NCBI GenBank assembly: GCA_918797485.1
Contig: CAKKNE010000004.1
Location: forward strand, 682,001 to 746,000
DNA: 64,000 nucleotides
DNA from: Pelagomonas calceolata
Taxonomy: Eukaryota
Reading direction: 5' to 3'
Shown here: piece after piece, positions 1 to 12,613 of the stretch
Layout: each line of letters starts with the position of its first letter
Position numbering within the stretch: the first letter of the stretch is position 1
Position numbers and translations under genes: made by a program
Notes under the pieces: model-generated
What the model was told of the DNA's origin: nothing
Seen by the model: only the letters and a program-made list of their open reading frames with translations
Database searches by the model: none

Positions 1-133
1 ACGCCGAAGAAGGCCACGCCGCGGCGCCTGGGCCCCCGGCGCCTGGGCCCGACGCGGAAGCCCGCGCCCTACCAGTGCGTCTCGCCCGTGCCGCCCGCTT
101 CTGCGGACGGGCCCGATAGTGTGTTGTGATGAA

Positions 134-1045
134 CTAACTAACAGTTTTCTTAGGACGCTTCACGAGGCGCTCGAGCTCGTCCAGACCCGGACAAGGCCGC
201 CTATTTCTAGCAGGGAGCAGCCTCGCCAATGCCAGCGCCACCTGGGCGTTCGGCCTCGCCGGCAACACGGAACGCAGTACGCCGACGTCGCGTTGTGACG
301 CGAGCCTCGGAATCCATTTGGAAGCGCGCTTGTGCGACCGCGCCACTAGAGCGGCACATATCGCAAGTCGAGCCGCCGGCCACGCCGCAGAGAGCTCCTT
401 GACCAATGCTTCAGCAGCAGTATCAGAAGAAAACAGGTCCGTCTCGACCAGGACGGGTACCACCACGTTCGCCAGTGTACATGGAGCACAAGTCGCGAGA
501 AATTCCCGATTGATCTTCCGCTTCCGTTTTTTCTTGGATGAGGAAAACGCCCGCAACACATCATCAACAAGCTTAGCAGAAGCACTCCGTAGACCCTGGA
601 GGTGCTCAGCTTGCGGCCTCCAGTACGTGGCATCGAAGAACCGCAATAATTCGTCGCAAGCCGCCCGTAACACGCCGTCGGCGGGCAGCTTTTGATGCGT
701 AATCCCGTGCCGCACGTCGACGAGCCAGGTCGGCAGGCCCGCCTGCTCCGCGAGTGCATTCAACGGTTTTGCATCCCGGCCCGTTTGGCCGACGTCCAAC
801 GCGCCGTTCACGGCCCTCGTTACCGCAGCCGCGCGCGCGAGCGACGCCGTCTGCGGGTCGAGGTCGTCGATGGCTATGAGTGCGGCCGTCGCCTCGACGG
901 CGTGGGGCACGTTTCCCCTTAAACGCCACGTCCGGCAGCGGGCCACCGCTCTCATTCGCGGTTCGGGCTGTTGGGCGTAGAGGCCCGCATACACAAGTTG
1001 CCACTCGGCCCAGTCGCGCCAGGGGACGACGCGGGGCAGGGACAT
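134..1045 (-). CDS. LAS1: Las1-like pre-rRNA processing HEPN endonuclease
   Basis: N-terminal VVPWRDWAEW motif, PHAVEATA, and HEPN R-x4-H motif (VRHGITH) typical of Las1; ATG at 1045 (MSLPRVVPW). Confidence 0.85.
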   Translation of the reverse strand: MSLPRVVPWRDWAEWQLVYAGLYAQQPEPRMRAVARCRTWRLRGNVPHAVEATAALIAIDDLDPQTASLARAAAVTRAVNGALDVGQTGRDAKPLNALAEQAGLPTWLVDVRHGITHQKLPADGVLRAACDELLRFFDATYWRPQAEHLQGLRSASAKLVDDVLRAFSSSKKKRKRKINREFLATCAPCTLANVVVPVLVETDLFSSDTAAEALVKELSAAWPAARLAICAALVARSHKRASKWIPRLASQRDVGVLRSVLPARPNAQVALALARLLPARNRRPCPGLDELERLVKRPKKTVS

Positions 1046-1365
1046 CGGCTGTCTGCAGGGGGCTGGTTGCAGCGGCGCTGGGATTGCGATGAGAGGCGAA
1101 AGTTGGTTGCAGCTTGGCAGCACGGCAGCAGTCGTCAAAATTATTGATTCCTACGACGTGTATGTGATCGTAGCGCGCAAATTGCCGCTGCAAAGAGGCA
1201 TGCAAAGGACAGCTTGCGTGCTTGCTAGTGCCTTACATGACGCTAGCTCGGCGCTTGCGCGACGCGCTCGGGAGCCAAATGCCGGGCGCGGACAGCCGCA
1301 GCACGCCGTGCGGCAGCCCCCCGGACCGCCGCCGCGCGCGGAAGCGGCAAGAGGGCAGCCGGACC

Positions 1366-4300
1366 ATGGTTGTATGGGCCCGAACCCTCCTGCTGCTCGC
1401 CGTGAGCGCCGCAGCAGAGGACCCCCACCTCGCCCGCCTGCGGCAGGCGGCCCAGCTCCAGAACGACGGCCGCCTTGCCGAAGCCGTCCCCATCTACGAG
1501 GACGTGCTGCGGCAAGTTCCGAACCATCCCGACGCCCTCCATTTGTCGGGCCTCGCGGCTTTGGCGGCCGGCGACGCCGTGAAGGCGAAGGAGTTGGTAG
1601 AACGGGCGTCTTCCTTGAGACCGAACGACCCGACCATGCTGTCGAACCTGGGGGAAGTGTATCGGAGTATTGGCGACGCCCAGACGGGCGTGGCCTTGCT
1701 GAGGAGAGCAGTCGCGATTGCCCCGCAAGACCTCGGTGTCAAGCGCAACTTAATTGCCGTGTTGTGGGACGCGCAGCTCTACGCGGAGTTCTGCCAGGCG
1801 TCCAGAGAATTATTAGAACAGATTGGGGTTTCGCTCGACTCCCCACAACGAGCGGCCGACCCGAACTTCCACTTCGTCGAGCGACGAGCCCGCTTCGACG
1901 TCGCCGACTCGGCCCAGCGCCACCGCTGCCATGGGGCGAGTGATGATGATGCGTTTCGGTGGTTCGAGTATGCTCTAAAAGCCTACCCCGAGGACGCGCG
2001 GCTCTGGATCGGTGCTGGGGTGGCCGCCCACGCCAAGGGTTTGCTGGACGTGGCCGCGGAGAGATATGAAAGAGCCTATACCCTGGCGGCGAGCGACACG
2101 ACTCTGGCGGAGGATCAACGCCACGCGTTCGTCCTCCAAGCGAGAGTGAATAGAGCGGCCATCGACCACGAGCGGGGCCTGTCGGAACTAGCGATCGAGG
2201 GCTACGAGGCCGTCTTGAGGTTGGAACCGGAGCACGCGCAAGCCTTGAACAATTTGGGAGCTGCTCTGGTCACCGTAGGAAGACACGACGACGCCGTGAA
2301 GGTGCTGGAAAAGTGCCTGGAGGTCGAGCCGGGCCAGGTCCAGGCGCTGACGAATTTAGCGGCCCATTGGGCGAACGAAGGCTACTTAGAAAGAGCCTCA
2401 CTGTTAAACAACCGAGCCATCAAGCTCTACCTGCAGCGAGACCCGCGGCGGGCCGCGGGGCTGTTTGCGCGCGAGGCCTTCGCCATCCGGCCCATCGTGG
2501 AAGACGCTGCCGCGATGTACGCCGCACGCTTAGACTTTGCGAGGCGCGTTGCATCTCTAGAGTGGCTCCTACAAAGAAGGACCTTAATAATAGACGATCC
2601 GGTGGTGGAGGTCGAGCACGTGCACTTCTACCTCCCGTACCCCGGCTTGGACGATCGGCCGCTGCAGGAGGCCGTCGCGCGGTGTTACGAGAGGATGATC
2701 CCGCAGCTCGCGGGACCGGTCCCGGGCCTCTCCCCGGAACCCGTACGAGTGAGACGAGCACGAATAGGCTTCCTGTCGAAGCTGTTCGCCGAGCACGAGC
2801 CGCACGGGCTGTTGTTGGAAGGTGTGGTGCAGCACCTGCCCCGAGATCGATTTGTCGTCGTAGTCTTACCGGTGGCCTCGCCGGGGCGAGACGCGGCCTC
2901 GGAACTGCTACGATCGTCAGCTGATGAGTTAATAGAGCTCGGCCTGAACATGCGCGAGAACCGCTTGACATTAATCAAGGCGAAGCTGGACGTTTTGGTG
3001 TTTGCGGACATGCTGTCGGAGCCCATGTCCTACTTTTTGGGGTTCTCGCGCTTCGCCCCCGTCCAGGTCTGTTTTTGGGGCAACCCGCTGACGACCGGTC
3101 GTTCTTCCATAGACTATTTTGTGTCAGCGGATCGCATGGAGCACCCTTACCGAACGTTAGCTGGAGACGAGTGGAGCGAGCAGGTCGTGTTGCTCGATGG
3201 CCAGGGCATCTGGTACCGGCGACCTTCCATACCGGAGGGCTTGCCCTATCCTAATCGCGAGGCGGCCGTTGCTGCAAGGCAAGCTCTAGGATTGCCTCAA
3301 GGCGACTGGCCGCTGCTACTCTGTCCCCAGTCCGTCTTCAAGCTGCACCCCCACTTCGATACTGTGGTGCGAAGGATCCTGGAAGCGACAACTAATGCAA
3401 GGGTCGTCTTCACGGCCGGGCGGAGGCAGGCGTGGACGAAGGTGCTCGTATCAAGATTAGAAAAAACTCTGGGCCCCTACAAGTCGCGGTGCGCCTTCGT
3501 GCCGCGGCAGATGCCCGGCGCGGACTATTATAAACTGCTCGCTGTTGCTGATGTTTTACTGCATCCCTTCCCTTTTGGTGGTAGCCGGACGTCGGCCGAC
3601 GGGTTGGCGCTGGGCGTGCCCGTCGTCGTGCGGCCGACGACGCAATTGCGGTGCCGCATGGCCTACTCCTTCTACGCGAGCATGGGCCTCACTCAAAAGA
3701 ACTGGACCCTCGTCGCGTCGACTACGAACGACTACGTTTCTTTCGCCGCGAGGCTCGCGAATGATGTCGAGCACCGCAGGACGGTGGCCGCGGCCGTCGC
3801 GGCCCGGCAGCACGTCATCTGGGAGGACCGGAGCGTCGTCCTGGGCTGGGCGCGGTTCTTGGCGCGCGTCTCCGGTCAAAGGCCGGTGGCGCCGGCGGAC
3901 GTCGGCCTGGAGGGCGACGACTACGAGGCGGAGGACGAGGCACCCGTGGCGCCGGCGGACGTCGGTCTCGTGGAGGAGGACGCCGCGGCGATCGCGGCGC
4001 ACGAGCGCCTTGACCGGCTGTACCGGGACGACACAATTATTGAGGAGAAGCGGCGCGCCCTGCAACCACAAAAACCGATCCCAGACGTGCCAAGGGAGCG
4101 CTCGGACCAGCCGCGGCCGCCCGAGGCCCTCGAGGCCGCGCGGCTCTACGAGCAAGGTGACATCCGAGGCGCGGCCAGGCAGCTCGAGATGTTGATAAAA
4201 AGGTGCTATCCCCAGGGCGGCGCCGACTGCCCCGACGAGGCGAAGGTGCGGAGCGACCTCGGCGCCCAGTACCACCAGTCGGACCGCTGGGAGGAGGCCG

Positions 4301-5774
4301 TCGTGCAGCTGGAGCGGGCTGTTGAGTTGGAGCCGACGAACGGCGTCGCGCTGAACAACCTGGCCGTGACCCTCAATACCTTGGGACGGGCGGACGAGGC
4401 CGATGATGTGTATGAGCGGGCGCTCCGGGCCGTGAAGGCGCGCATGGCCCCGTCGCTATTCCGAGTCGAATCTTATGTGTGGGACCGCCTGCCGGACGCG
4501 CGGGTGCCTTTCTGAGGGCGCGGCCCCGCGTCCCGGAAGCAGCGCCCCGTCCGCCGCGGGCTCGCCTGAGAGCGCGTCGGCGACGCGCCGGCCCCGGGCG
4601 CAGGTCGGCCACCGGATTTGAAGAGAAGCTCCTCGGCGTCCTGTCGGACAAGGACTCCTGGGACTACGCCACGGCGCTGTTTAACAGCGCGAACCAGCTC
4701 CGCGACCGGGGCGATTATGAAGGGGCCGCATCAAAAATCCGCCGGGGCCTCAAGGAGGTTATAGAAGGAGACGCCCTGCTCGCGCTCGTGCGGGCCGAGA
4801 ACCATCGTTCAAGAGACGACGCGCGGCTGGCGTCCCTCCGCCAGCTGGGCATCGCCACGAACTCGCTCGCGGTCCTCGACGACTACCTGCGGAACGCGTC
4901 CGAGAACTGGTACTCTTCCCAAGCGTTCCCGCCGCCCTACAGTTTGTTGGGGAGGGACGAGGGGCCGCCGTCGGACGAGGAACTGGCGCCGCTGGGCGGC
5001 GAGGCGACGGGCTTCGAGCTCATCACGCAGGTCTACGAGCCGGCCGATCAAGTACGGCGCATGGAGGTCGCGTTCGCGTTGGCGAAGAACCTGCGCAATG
5101 CGAGGATACGCAAGGTCCACGTGCTGGCCGAGAACGGGCGCGACGGGCGCTTCGCGTCTACGGTAGCGGCGCTCGTCGGCGCGACGCACGTCCACGTGCA
5201 AATACTCGGGCGGCGGCTGCGGTTCTCGGACGCGGAGGGCTACGCGGCGGCGTCGCTGCCGCGCCGGGCCGTCATCCTCAGCAACGCCGACGTTTTTTTT
5301 GATGAAGACAGTTTGCGGCGGCTCGGCGACGCGAGGACGCTCGACCTCGACCGGCGCGTCCTCGCTTTGCTTAGATGGGAGTGGACTTGCGGGTTCGACG
5401 TGGAAGGCATGGACCTGAAGACGCTCGTCGCGGCGGCGGCGGCAACGGACGCTATCGAGGAGCGGTGCCTGCGGCTCCGCGCGCGCGCTGACTCTCAGGA
5501 CGCCTGGATCTTCCGCGCGCCGGTGCCGCCCCTGGCGACTTTCGACACGGAGTTGGGAAGGGCGAAGTGCGACAACCGCGTCGCGTTCGTCCTCGGGGCG
5601 GCGGGCTACGACGTCGCAAACCCGGCCTTCGCGCTGCGGCCGCGCCACGTCCAGCGCGTCCTCTTCGCCAACGGCACGGCGCCCCCCCCGAAGGCGGCGC
5701 GGAGCTACACGTCGCCGGACGAGGCGCGAGGTGCGACGCGCTACGTGCCGCTCGCGGACCAGTGGGTCTTCTAA
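1366..5774 (+). CDS. Signal-peptide TPR protein with SPINDLY/OGT-like GT41 domain and a C-terminal DxD glycosyltransferase-like domain (2 exons)
   Basis: MVVWARTLLLLAVSAAA leader; many TPRs (ALNNLG); GT41 motifs RIGFLS, RFAPVQVCFWGNPLTTG, IDYFVS, FKLHP, PFPFGGSRTS. The frame change between ORFs 1222-4515 and 4479-5774 is bridged by a probable intron ending CAG at 4603. Confidence 0.75.
4440..4603 (+). other. Probable intron (GC-AG; donor position uncertain)
   Basis: Phase-2 removal joins ...VKA to SATGFEEK in frame; acceptor GGGCGCAG. A later phase-2 GT donor is also possible. Confidence 0.5.
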
Positions 5775-5880
5775 GTTTTGTCTGTTGTTCGACTGTTTTA
5801 AGTTTACGACGGGGCGAGGTCGGGGAACGATGGGGACCGGCTGGCACGGCGCGAGGAATAGAGGGAGATCACAAGTGGGA

Positions 5881-8800
5881 TCACGCGGCGAGAGCGAGCA
5901 CGAGGAGCGCTGCACTGACGCCAGAGAGGCGGCGGGCGGCGTCGACGGTGTCACTGCCGCGGGTCGCGGTCGGAGCCACGGTCGGGGCCCCGATCGGCCG
6001 TGGGGTCGTCGGCGACGCAGTGGGGCTTGGCGTCGTGACTATGACCTCGAGAGCAGCGTCCCCGATAGCCGCCTGCGTCGCCGCGACGTCGACGGTTGCG
6101 GCGGCGAACGCTGTATCCGCGGCCTGCAGAGTGGTCAAGAAGCTTCCGTCGCCGACAGCGGCCGTCAGCGCGTCCGACGCCTGTTCCAGCAAATCTGCGC
6201 CAACTGACGTGGCGTCGTCGGTGCCGACGACGCGGGCGACGCCCGTGTAGGAGACGCCGACGCCCGCGCCGGCGAGGCGCCGGCGCCCGCCGGCGGCCTC
6301 GATATCGATCACCTCGTCGAATGCCCCGCCCGCGCTATCCAAAACCGACTGCGCGAACGCCGCCTTCATGCCTTCGTCGGCATTAAATTCAGTCGCGACG
6401 ATGCCCTCCAGCGTCACAGACGAGGCAACCTTGACCATCGTTTGGGCGGGCGTCGGCGCCGGCGTCGGGGCCGGCGTCGGCGCGGGCGACGGCTTCGGCG
6501 TCGGCGCGGGTGTGGGGCGCTGCGTCGGCGCGGGCAAAGGTCCAGGAGTCGGCGGCGGGTGCGTGGGGCGCGGCGTTGGCAAAGGACCAGATGTTGTCGG
6601 CTTGGGCGTCGGCGCAGGCGTCGGCGCACAGCCGCCTGCCACGTGCTTGACGCCGCACGACGTCGACTCGCACGGAGTGTTGTCGAACGCTTCGTCCAGG
6701 TCGACGTCCTCATCCACGCACCAGCCGAGGTCCTGGTCAAAGGACGTGGCGCCTTCGAACATCTCTTTCATCGTCGTGACGCCCGAGGTATCCCACGCGC
6801 CGATGTCCTCGTTGAAGGACGCAGCGGCCGTGTTGCAACTATTCCAAAAAGATGCCGGTGCGCAAAACAACTCCGACATGTCCGTCACGCCACCAGTCTC
6901 CCACGTCGAGATGTGGCCGTACGTCGCCTCGGCGGCCGTGGCGTCCGAGAGCCACGCTGCGACTGCTTGCTTGATTTTCCAATTGACCATGATGTTGCCC
7001 GTGCGCGAGATGTCGCAGTCAACTCCCGCGATGCCGCACGACGTCGACTCGCATAAGGTGTCGCTAAACGCGTTGCTCAGGCTCACGCTGTCGTCCACGC
7101 ACCAGCCGAGGTCCAATTGAAAAAAAGCCGAGGCACGGTTGAATATTTCATCCATACGCGTGACGCCGTCGACCTGCCAGCCGCTGAGGTCCTGGTTAAA
7201 AGACGAGGCACTCATGAACATGTACTCCATCGTTGTGACGCCGGAGGTGTCCCACGCGCCGATGTCCTGGTTAAAGGCCTTGGCGCCGCCGAACATGGAG
7301 TACATGGTTGTGACGCCGGAGGTGTCCCACGCGCCGATGTCGTCGTTGAAGCCTGTGACACTACCGAAATCCATATTTGACATGTCCGTCACCCCTGATG
7401 TGTCCCACGTCGAAATATGGCCGTACGTCGTCTCGGCGGCCGACGCGTCCGAGAGCCACGCTGCAACTGCAATTCTGATCTTCCAGTTGACCATGACGTT
7501 GCCAGTGCTCGATACGTCGCAGTCGCCAGCATTGGTCTCCCACTTCACGCCACAATTCGTCGACTCGCACAGGGAGTCGTCAAACGCATCTAGTGGGCTT
7601 GCTGCGTCGTTCACGCACCAGCCGAGGTCCTGGTCGAAGGCCGAAGCGCGGTTGAACATCGAGACCATATCCGTGACTTTATTGATCGCCCAACCACTAA
7701 TGTCTTGGTTGAAGGCAGAGGCGCTGCGGAACATCATGTACATATTCGTTACGCTGTTGACCGCCCAACCGCCAATGTCTTGGTTGAAGGCAGAGGCTTC
7801 GGCGAACATCGAAGCCATATTCGTGACCTTGTCGACCGCCCACTTACTGATGTCCTGGTTGAAGGCCGAAGCGCTGCTGAACATCGCGTTCATATCTTTG
7901 ACATTGTCGACCGCCCAACCACCGATGTCCTGGTTGAATAAATCAGCGCTGCCGAACATCGAGCTCATGTCCGTAACCTTGTCGACCGCCCAACCACCAA
8001 TGTCCTTGTTGAACAAATCAGCGCGGTCGAACATCATTTTCATGGTCGTGGCGCTGTCTACTACCCAACCACTGATGTCCTGGTCAAAGGCCCTGGCGCT
8101 CTGGAACACGCTTTCCATCTTTTTAACGCGTGATGTATCCCACGCGCTGATGTCCACGTTGAAGGTTTCGGCGCCATTGAACATCCGGTACATCGTCGTG
8201 ACGCCAGAGGTATCCCACGCGCCGATGTCCTCGTTGAAGGACGATGCGCTTTTGAACAAATCCGACATGTCCGTCACCCCCGATGTGTCCCACGTCGAAA
8301 TATGACCGTACGTCGACTCGGCTGCCGTCGCATCCGCTAGCCACGCATCGACGGCCTTGCTGATACTTACACTATGAAACACTCCGCACCACTCCTCCTG
8401 CTCCACGACGCCACACGACGTCGACTCGCACTTGTTGTCTTCGAATGCGGTGGTCAGGCCTCTCACGCAATCGGAACAAGAGAATCTTTCATAGCCGTTG
8501 TCTATGCACCAGCCCAGGTCCTGGTCGAACGACGAGGCTTCTTTGAACATGTAGTCCATGTCCGTGACGCTCTGGACCGCCCAATCACCGATGTCCTGGT
8601 TAAAGGCCTCGGCCCCATAGAACATCGAATTCATGGTCTTGACGTTGTCGACCGCCCAATCACTCATGTCTCCGTTAAAGGCCGAGGCGCCACTGAACAT
8701 CCTGTACATTGATGTGACGCCGGAGGTGTCCCACGCGCCAATGGCGTCGTTGAAGGACGCAGCGCCCGAGTTGTAGCACTGTTGACTTGAATGGGGGCTA

Positions 8801-10740
8801 TCACAAAACAACTCAGACATGTCCGTCACCCCCGATGTGTCCCACGTAGAAATATGGCCGTACGTCGTCTCGGCAGCACTCTCGTCCGAGAACCACGCCC
8901 GGATTGCAATTCTGATCTTCCAGTTGGCCATGACATTACCATTGTTCGGGATGTCACAGCCGCCCCACAAGACGCCGCATAACGTTGACAGGCACGGGGT
9001 GCTGCCGAACACCCAGTTCGGGCCCCAGCCCATGTTCATGCCGTTGTCCACGCACCAGCCGAGGTCCTGGTTGAAGGCAGAGGCACCGTCGAACATCTGG
9101 TTCATATTGGTGACGCCGGAGGTGTCCCACGCGCCGATGTCCTGGTTGAAGGCCGAGGCTCTGGTGAACATGTGTTGCATCATCGTGACGCCGGAGGTGT
9201 CCCATGCGCCGATGTCCTCGTTAAAGGACGAGGCGTCTTCGAACAACCGCTCCATGAACGTCACCCCCGATGTGTCCCACGTCGAGATGTGGCCGTACGT
9301 CGACTCGGCGGCAGTCGCATCCGCGAGCCACGCCGCGACGGCCGTTTTAATGTTGCTGTCGGTCATCACGTAGCCCGACAGCACGCGCCGCTGCCCAAGG
9401 CTTTGGACTGACGAGCTCGGAGACTCATTGGTCTTGGAACTCTTCGTAATGGCGTAGTCGCTGCTGCCGCCCGAGAGCACGCGCCGCTCCTCAAGGCTTT
9501 GGACTGACGAGCTCGGAGACTCATTGGTCTTGGAACTCTTCGTAATGGCGTAGTCGCTGCTGCCGCCCGAGAGCACGCGCCGCTCCTCAAGGCGTTGGAC
9601 TGACGAGCTCGGAGACTCATTGGTCTTGATCTTGGAACTCTTGGTAATGGTGTAGTCGCTGCCGCAGACCGAAGTTTCCGCCGCCACGCGGGCGACGTCC
9701 CCCCAAATAAGCAGGTAGCCGACGACTGACGAGCGCCAGGCCGCGCCCTTCGCCGAGCTCCTGCGCCGCGGAACAGCCAAAGCGACCGACAAGACAACGT
9801 AGACCAAACTCGCAAGGAACTGCCATACGAACTGGAAGAGGCCCCAAACGAGGTTGCTCTGGGCCCACTCTTCTTCGCCAAAGTCCCACTTGGTCTCGTT
9901 CCGGGCCGCCAACATCAATGTGGTGCCGGGCACAAGCGGCGGCTCGGCGGACGCGAGGTCCAAGACGTCGATGCCGGCCTTGGTCGCATTCGGGGCCACG
10001 AACGGCATCATGGCGTTCGGGGCCACGAACGGCATCGTGGTGCCAGGCACAGGCGCCTGCTCGGCGGACGCGACGTCCAAGACGTCTATGCCGGCCTTGG
10101 TCGCGTTCGGGGCCACGAGCTGCATCGTAGCGTCCGGGGCCACGAACGGCATCGTGGTGCCAGGCACAGGCGCCTGCTCGGCAGACGCGACGTCCAAGAC
10201 CGCGCGGTCGAGGCCGTTCTCGCCGGCCCGCGCGGACGTGCTGCCGCTTTCGGCCTTGCTGCCGTCCGCCCCGTGGTTCTTGTAGAGCTGGAGCCGCGCC
10301 ATCGTCGCGGCGACGCTCGTCGCGAATACCTTGGAGGCAGCGCGGTCGAGGCCGTTCTCGCCGGCCCGCGCGGACGTGCTGGCGCTTTCGTCGAACTTGC
10401 TGCCGTCCGCCCCGTGGTTCTTGTAGAGCTGGAGCCGCGCCGTCGTCGCGGCGACGCTCGTCGCCAAGCCCTTGGAGGCAGCGCGGTCGAGGCCGTTCTC
10501 GCCGGTCCAGGCCGCCGTGCTGCCGCTTTTGTCGGACGTGCTGCCGTACATGACCATGGCCTCGGAGAAGCCAGTCAATTTCTCGCCGCCATCCTCGGGG
10601 CAGCCCCTCCAGGGCTTTGCTCTGCACGTGCTCAGAATGGCGCCGCGCGCGGGGGCCCGAGGGGCCCGGAGCGGCAGCGCGCTGGTCACGAGCAGCCCAA
10701 GGGCAGCGGCGCTCACAAGGACACGCAGCATTTCCAACAT
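5881..10740 (-). CDS. DUF285/BspA-type repeat surface protein, probable GPI-type C-terminus
   Basis: Signal peptide; many 25-aa FNQDIGxWDTSGVTxMxxMFxxAxx repeats in 5 modules; PT-rich stalk; hydrophobic C-terminal tail. Confidence 0.85.
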   Translation of the reverse strand: MLEMLRVLVSAAALGLLVTSALPLRAPRAPARGAILSTCRAKPWRGCPEDGGEKLTGFSEAMVMYGSTSDKSGSTAAWTGENGLDRAASKGLATSVAATTARLQLYKNHGADGSKFDESASTSARAGENGLDRAASKVFATSVAATMARLQLYKNHGADGSKAESGSTSARAGENGLDRAVLDVASAEQAPVPGTTMPFVAPDATMQLVAPNATKAGIDVLDVASAEQAPVPGTTMPFVAPNAMMPFVAPNATKAGIDVLDLASAEPPLVPGTTLMLAARNETKWDFGEEEWAQSNLVWGLFQFVWQFLASLVYVVLSVALAVPRRRSSAKGAAWRSSVVGYLLIWGDVARVAAETSVCGSDYTITKSSKIKTNESPSSSVQRLEERRVLSGGSSDYAITKSSKTNESPSSSVQSLEERRVLSGGSSDYAITKSSKTNESPSSSVQSLGQRRVLSGYVMTDSNIKTAVAAWLADATAAESTYGHISTWDTSGVTFMERLFEDASSFNEDIGAWDTSGVTMMQHMFTRASAFNQDIGAWDTSGVTNMNQMFDGASAFNQDLGWCVDNGMNMGWGPNWVFGSTPCLSTLCGVLWGGCDIPNNGNVMANWKIRIAIRAWFSDESAAETTYGHISTWDTSGVTDMSELFCDSPHSSQQCYNSGAASFNDAIGAWDTSGVTSMYRMFSGASAFNGDMSDWAVDNVKTMNSMFYGAEAFNQDIGDWAVQSVTDMDYMFKEASSFDQDLGWCIDNGYERFSCSDCVRGLTTAFEDNKCESTSCGVVEQEEWCGVFHSVSISKAVDAWLADATAAESTYGHISTWDTSGVTDMSDLFKSASSFNEDIGAWDTSGVTTMYRMFNGAETFNVDISAWDTSRVKKMESVFQSARAFDQDISGWVVDSATTMKMMFDRADLFNKDIGGWAVDKVTDMSSMFGSADLFNQDIGGWAVDNVKDMNAMFSSASAFNQDISKWAVDKVTNMASMFAEASAFNQDIGGWAVNSVTNMYMMFRSASAFNQDISGWAINKVTDMVSMFNRASAFDQDLGWCVNDAASPLDAFDDSLCESTNCGVKWETNAGDCDVSSTGNVMVNWKIRIAVAAWLSDASAAETTYGHISTWDTSGVTDMSNMDFGSVTGFNDDIGAWDTSGVTTMYSMFGGAKAFNQDIGAWDTSGVTTMEYMFMSASSFNQDLSGWQVDGVTRMDEIFNRASAFFQLDLGWCVDDSVSLSNAFSDTLCESTSCGIAGVDCDISRTGNIMVNWKIKQAVAAWLSDATAAEATYGHISTWETGGVTDMSELFCAPASFWNSCNTAAASFNEDIGAWDTSGVTTMKEMFEGATSFDQDLGWCVDEDVDLDEAFDNTPCESTSCGVKHVAGGCAPTPAPTPKPTTSGPLPTPRPTHPPPTPGPLPAPTQRPTPAPTPKPSPAPTPAPTPAPTPAQTMVKVASSVTLEGIVATEFNADEGMKAAFAQSVLDSAGGAFDEVIDIEAAGGRRRLAGAGVGVSYTGVARVVGTDDATSVGADLLEQASDALTAAVGDGSFLTTLQAADTAFAAATVDVAATQAAIGDAALEVIVTTPSPTASPTTPRPIGAPTVAPTATRGSDTVDAARRLSGVSAALLVLALAA
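9375..10510 (-). repeat. Intragenic tandem repeats in the N-terminal region of DUF285 gene 1
   Basis: Three ~93-nt units ([30 protein letters not shown]), three [18 protein letters not shown] units and repeated [24 protein letters not shown] units. Confidence 0.85.
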
Positions 10741-11001
10741 CTGTTGCCCGCAAGTCCCTGCTCCCAGCTCCTTTTTGCTGCTGGGCTGGGCAAGTCTGGT
10801 GTGCGCGTTGGGTTGGGGCTTGACGCGCCGAAACCCTGGGCCATCCGCCCTAGAGCTACCAGGACGTGTGCCGTATTGTCTCGATTGAATGAATGCCGCT
10901 CGCGAAATCCGCGCGTGAGACCCGCGCGGTGGCGCAGCAGTCGCGCGAAGTCTACAGTAGCTTTATTTCTTAGATAGTATTATTTTGGAGGAAAATACGC
11001 C

Positions 11002-12216
11002 CTACGCGTCCTTCTTCCCCGCCTTACTGCGCGTCCGCCGGAGCAGCGCCCGGATGGCGAGGTCGACGTCGCGGCCGATCGCGGGCCCGCGGCTCGACCG
11101 CACGTCGAGGGCCCGCGCGACGTCCGTCAGCGAGGCCTTCTTCGAGGACCCGGCCCAGAGGACGGCCGCGGCGTCGGCGCCGTCGCCGTCGCCCCGTTCT
11201 AATGAAGCGGCGCACGCGTGGAAGCCGCCGCATTGCCCCATCGCGACCAAGGCGGCCTCGTCGGCGGCGAGCTCGCGGAGGGCGCTGCGGGCCTGGGCGC
11301 CCGCGGAGCCGTCGGACCGCGCGCATCTTGATAAAACGGCGACGACGTCCGTAGCCGCGGCGGCGCCCCGCGTCGCGCCGTCGGCCGCGATGTGCCGCAG
11401 CGCGAAGGCCGCGGCCGTCGCGGCGGCCTCGTCCGTCGCGAAGGCCGCGACGAGCTTGGCGAGCGGCGCGACGGCTTTGCAGGACACGGCCTGTTTTTTC
11501 GAGGCCGCGGAGCCCCAGCAGAGCGTCCCCAGGAGCGCGGCGGCTTGTAGTGCGTAGGGGCCGCTCCGCGACTGCGTGGCGCCGGCCCGCAATAAGGAAC
11601 AGGCGACCTCGACGCCGCCCGCCTCCGCGATCATGGTTTTCGTCCCCGCGTCGAAGGCCATGTTCCGTAAAGCCGTGCAGGCCGACCGCGCGCCGTCTCC
11701 ATCATCACAGGGGCTCCGACACAGCGCGAGCAGCGCGTCGACGGCGCCGCTCGCCGGCAGCGTGCGCTTTCGTATCAAAGCGTTCGCCGCGAGGTTCCCG
11801 AGCGCCGCGGCCGCCGCGCCGCGCGTCTCGTCCGTCGCCCCCCTCCTACATAGTTCGACGAGCGGCGGGCAGGCGCCCTCGGACGCGATGAGGTCGCGGT
11901 CGAACGCCTTCTCCGCGGCCCTCGTCGCGAGGTCGCGCGCCGCCTCTCTCCTCGACTCGTCGGGGCCCTCGACTAACGCTCGGATCAGAATTCTAATAAA
12001 CGGCGCGCTTTTTTCGCGCTTCTCGAAGTAGAGGCGCGCGTTTTCTTCCACCAAAGCCCGGTAGACGCTGACCGCGGCCGCGAACAATGCGACCATCAGC
12101 ACCAGACACCAGTACAACGCACCGCCGTGCGCTAGGCTGCCCAGGACGACGCCCGCCGCCACCAACGCGTACGACGACTTGAGGGAGACCTCCTCGCAGG
12201 CGTTCCTGCGGGCCAT
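11002..12216 (-). CDS. Armadillo-repeat protein with N-terminal transmembrane segments
   Basis: ARM-type repeats (GACPPLVELC..AAAALGNLA; GAVDALLAL..ACTALRNMA); hydrophobic N-terminal region. Confidence 0.75.
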   Translation of the reverse strand: MARRNACEEVSLKSSYALVAAGVVLGSLAHGGALYWCLVLMVALFAAAVSVYRALVEENARLYFEKREKSAPFIRILIRALVEGPDESRREAARDLATRAAEKAFDRDLIASEGACPPLVELCRRGATDETRGAAAAALGNLAANALIRKRTLPASGAVDALLALCRSPCDDGDGARSACTALRNMAFDAGTKTMIAEAGGVEVACSLLRAGATQSRSGPYALQAAALLGTLCWGSAASKKQAVSCKAVAPLAKLVAAFATDEAAATAAAFALRHIAADGATRGAAAATDVVAVLSRCARSDGSAGAQARSALRELAADEAALVAMGQCGGFHACAASLERGDGDGADAAAVLWAGSSKKASLTDVARALDVRSSRGPAIGRDVDLAIRALLRRTRSKAGKKDA

Positions 12217-12613
12217 TCGCTGGGGCTGCCTGATTTGATATTTCGGCGGAAGAGACTCGGCCCACAACGTCCCGCGCCTCGTACGCAGCCCAATCGCACC
12301 AAATTGGCAGCCTTAACCACCGCCAGAAAGCCAAAGCGTGTGTGGCTCCATTAGTCCTAGAGTGTCTATTGACGCAAAGTACTTTGGGGCAAACTCGCAA
12401 GGGCGCGGGCAAGCGCGGCACCTGGCTCGCAAGGACTGCTTAGCTATCGATAAAAATATCCGCTGGCAAAGAATCCTTGCTCGCTGAGCATCCGTGCGGC
12501 AGCCAAGCACTCGGCGCACTGCACGCGCTGTGCCACTGCCCGCGCGACGCATCGAAGCGGCAACGGAGGGCCGCTGCCGGAGCGCCCCAATCGAACCGCT
12601 CCCAGCAGCACCG

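Noticed and set aside
7139..8305. Long + strand ORFs antisense to the DUF285 genes (also 39761-42497)
   Set aside because: Shadow frames caused by high GC and repeat codon structure.
7100..9360. Regularly spaced repeats resembling a CRISPR array
   Set aside because: They are 75-nt in-frame coding repeats of the DUF285 protein; there are no unique spacers or cas genes and the context is eukaryotic.
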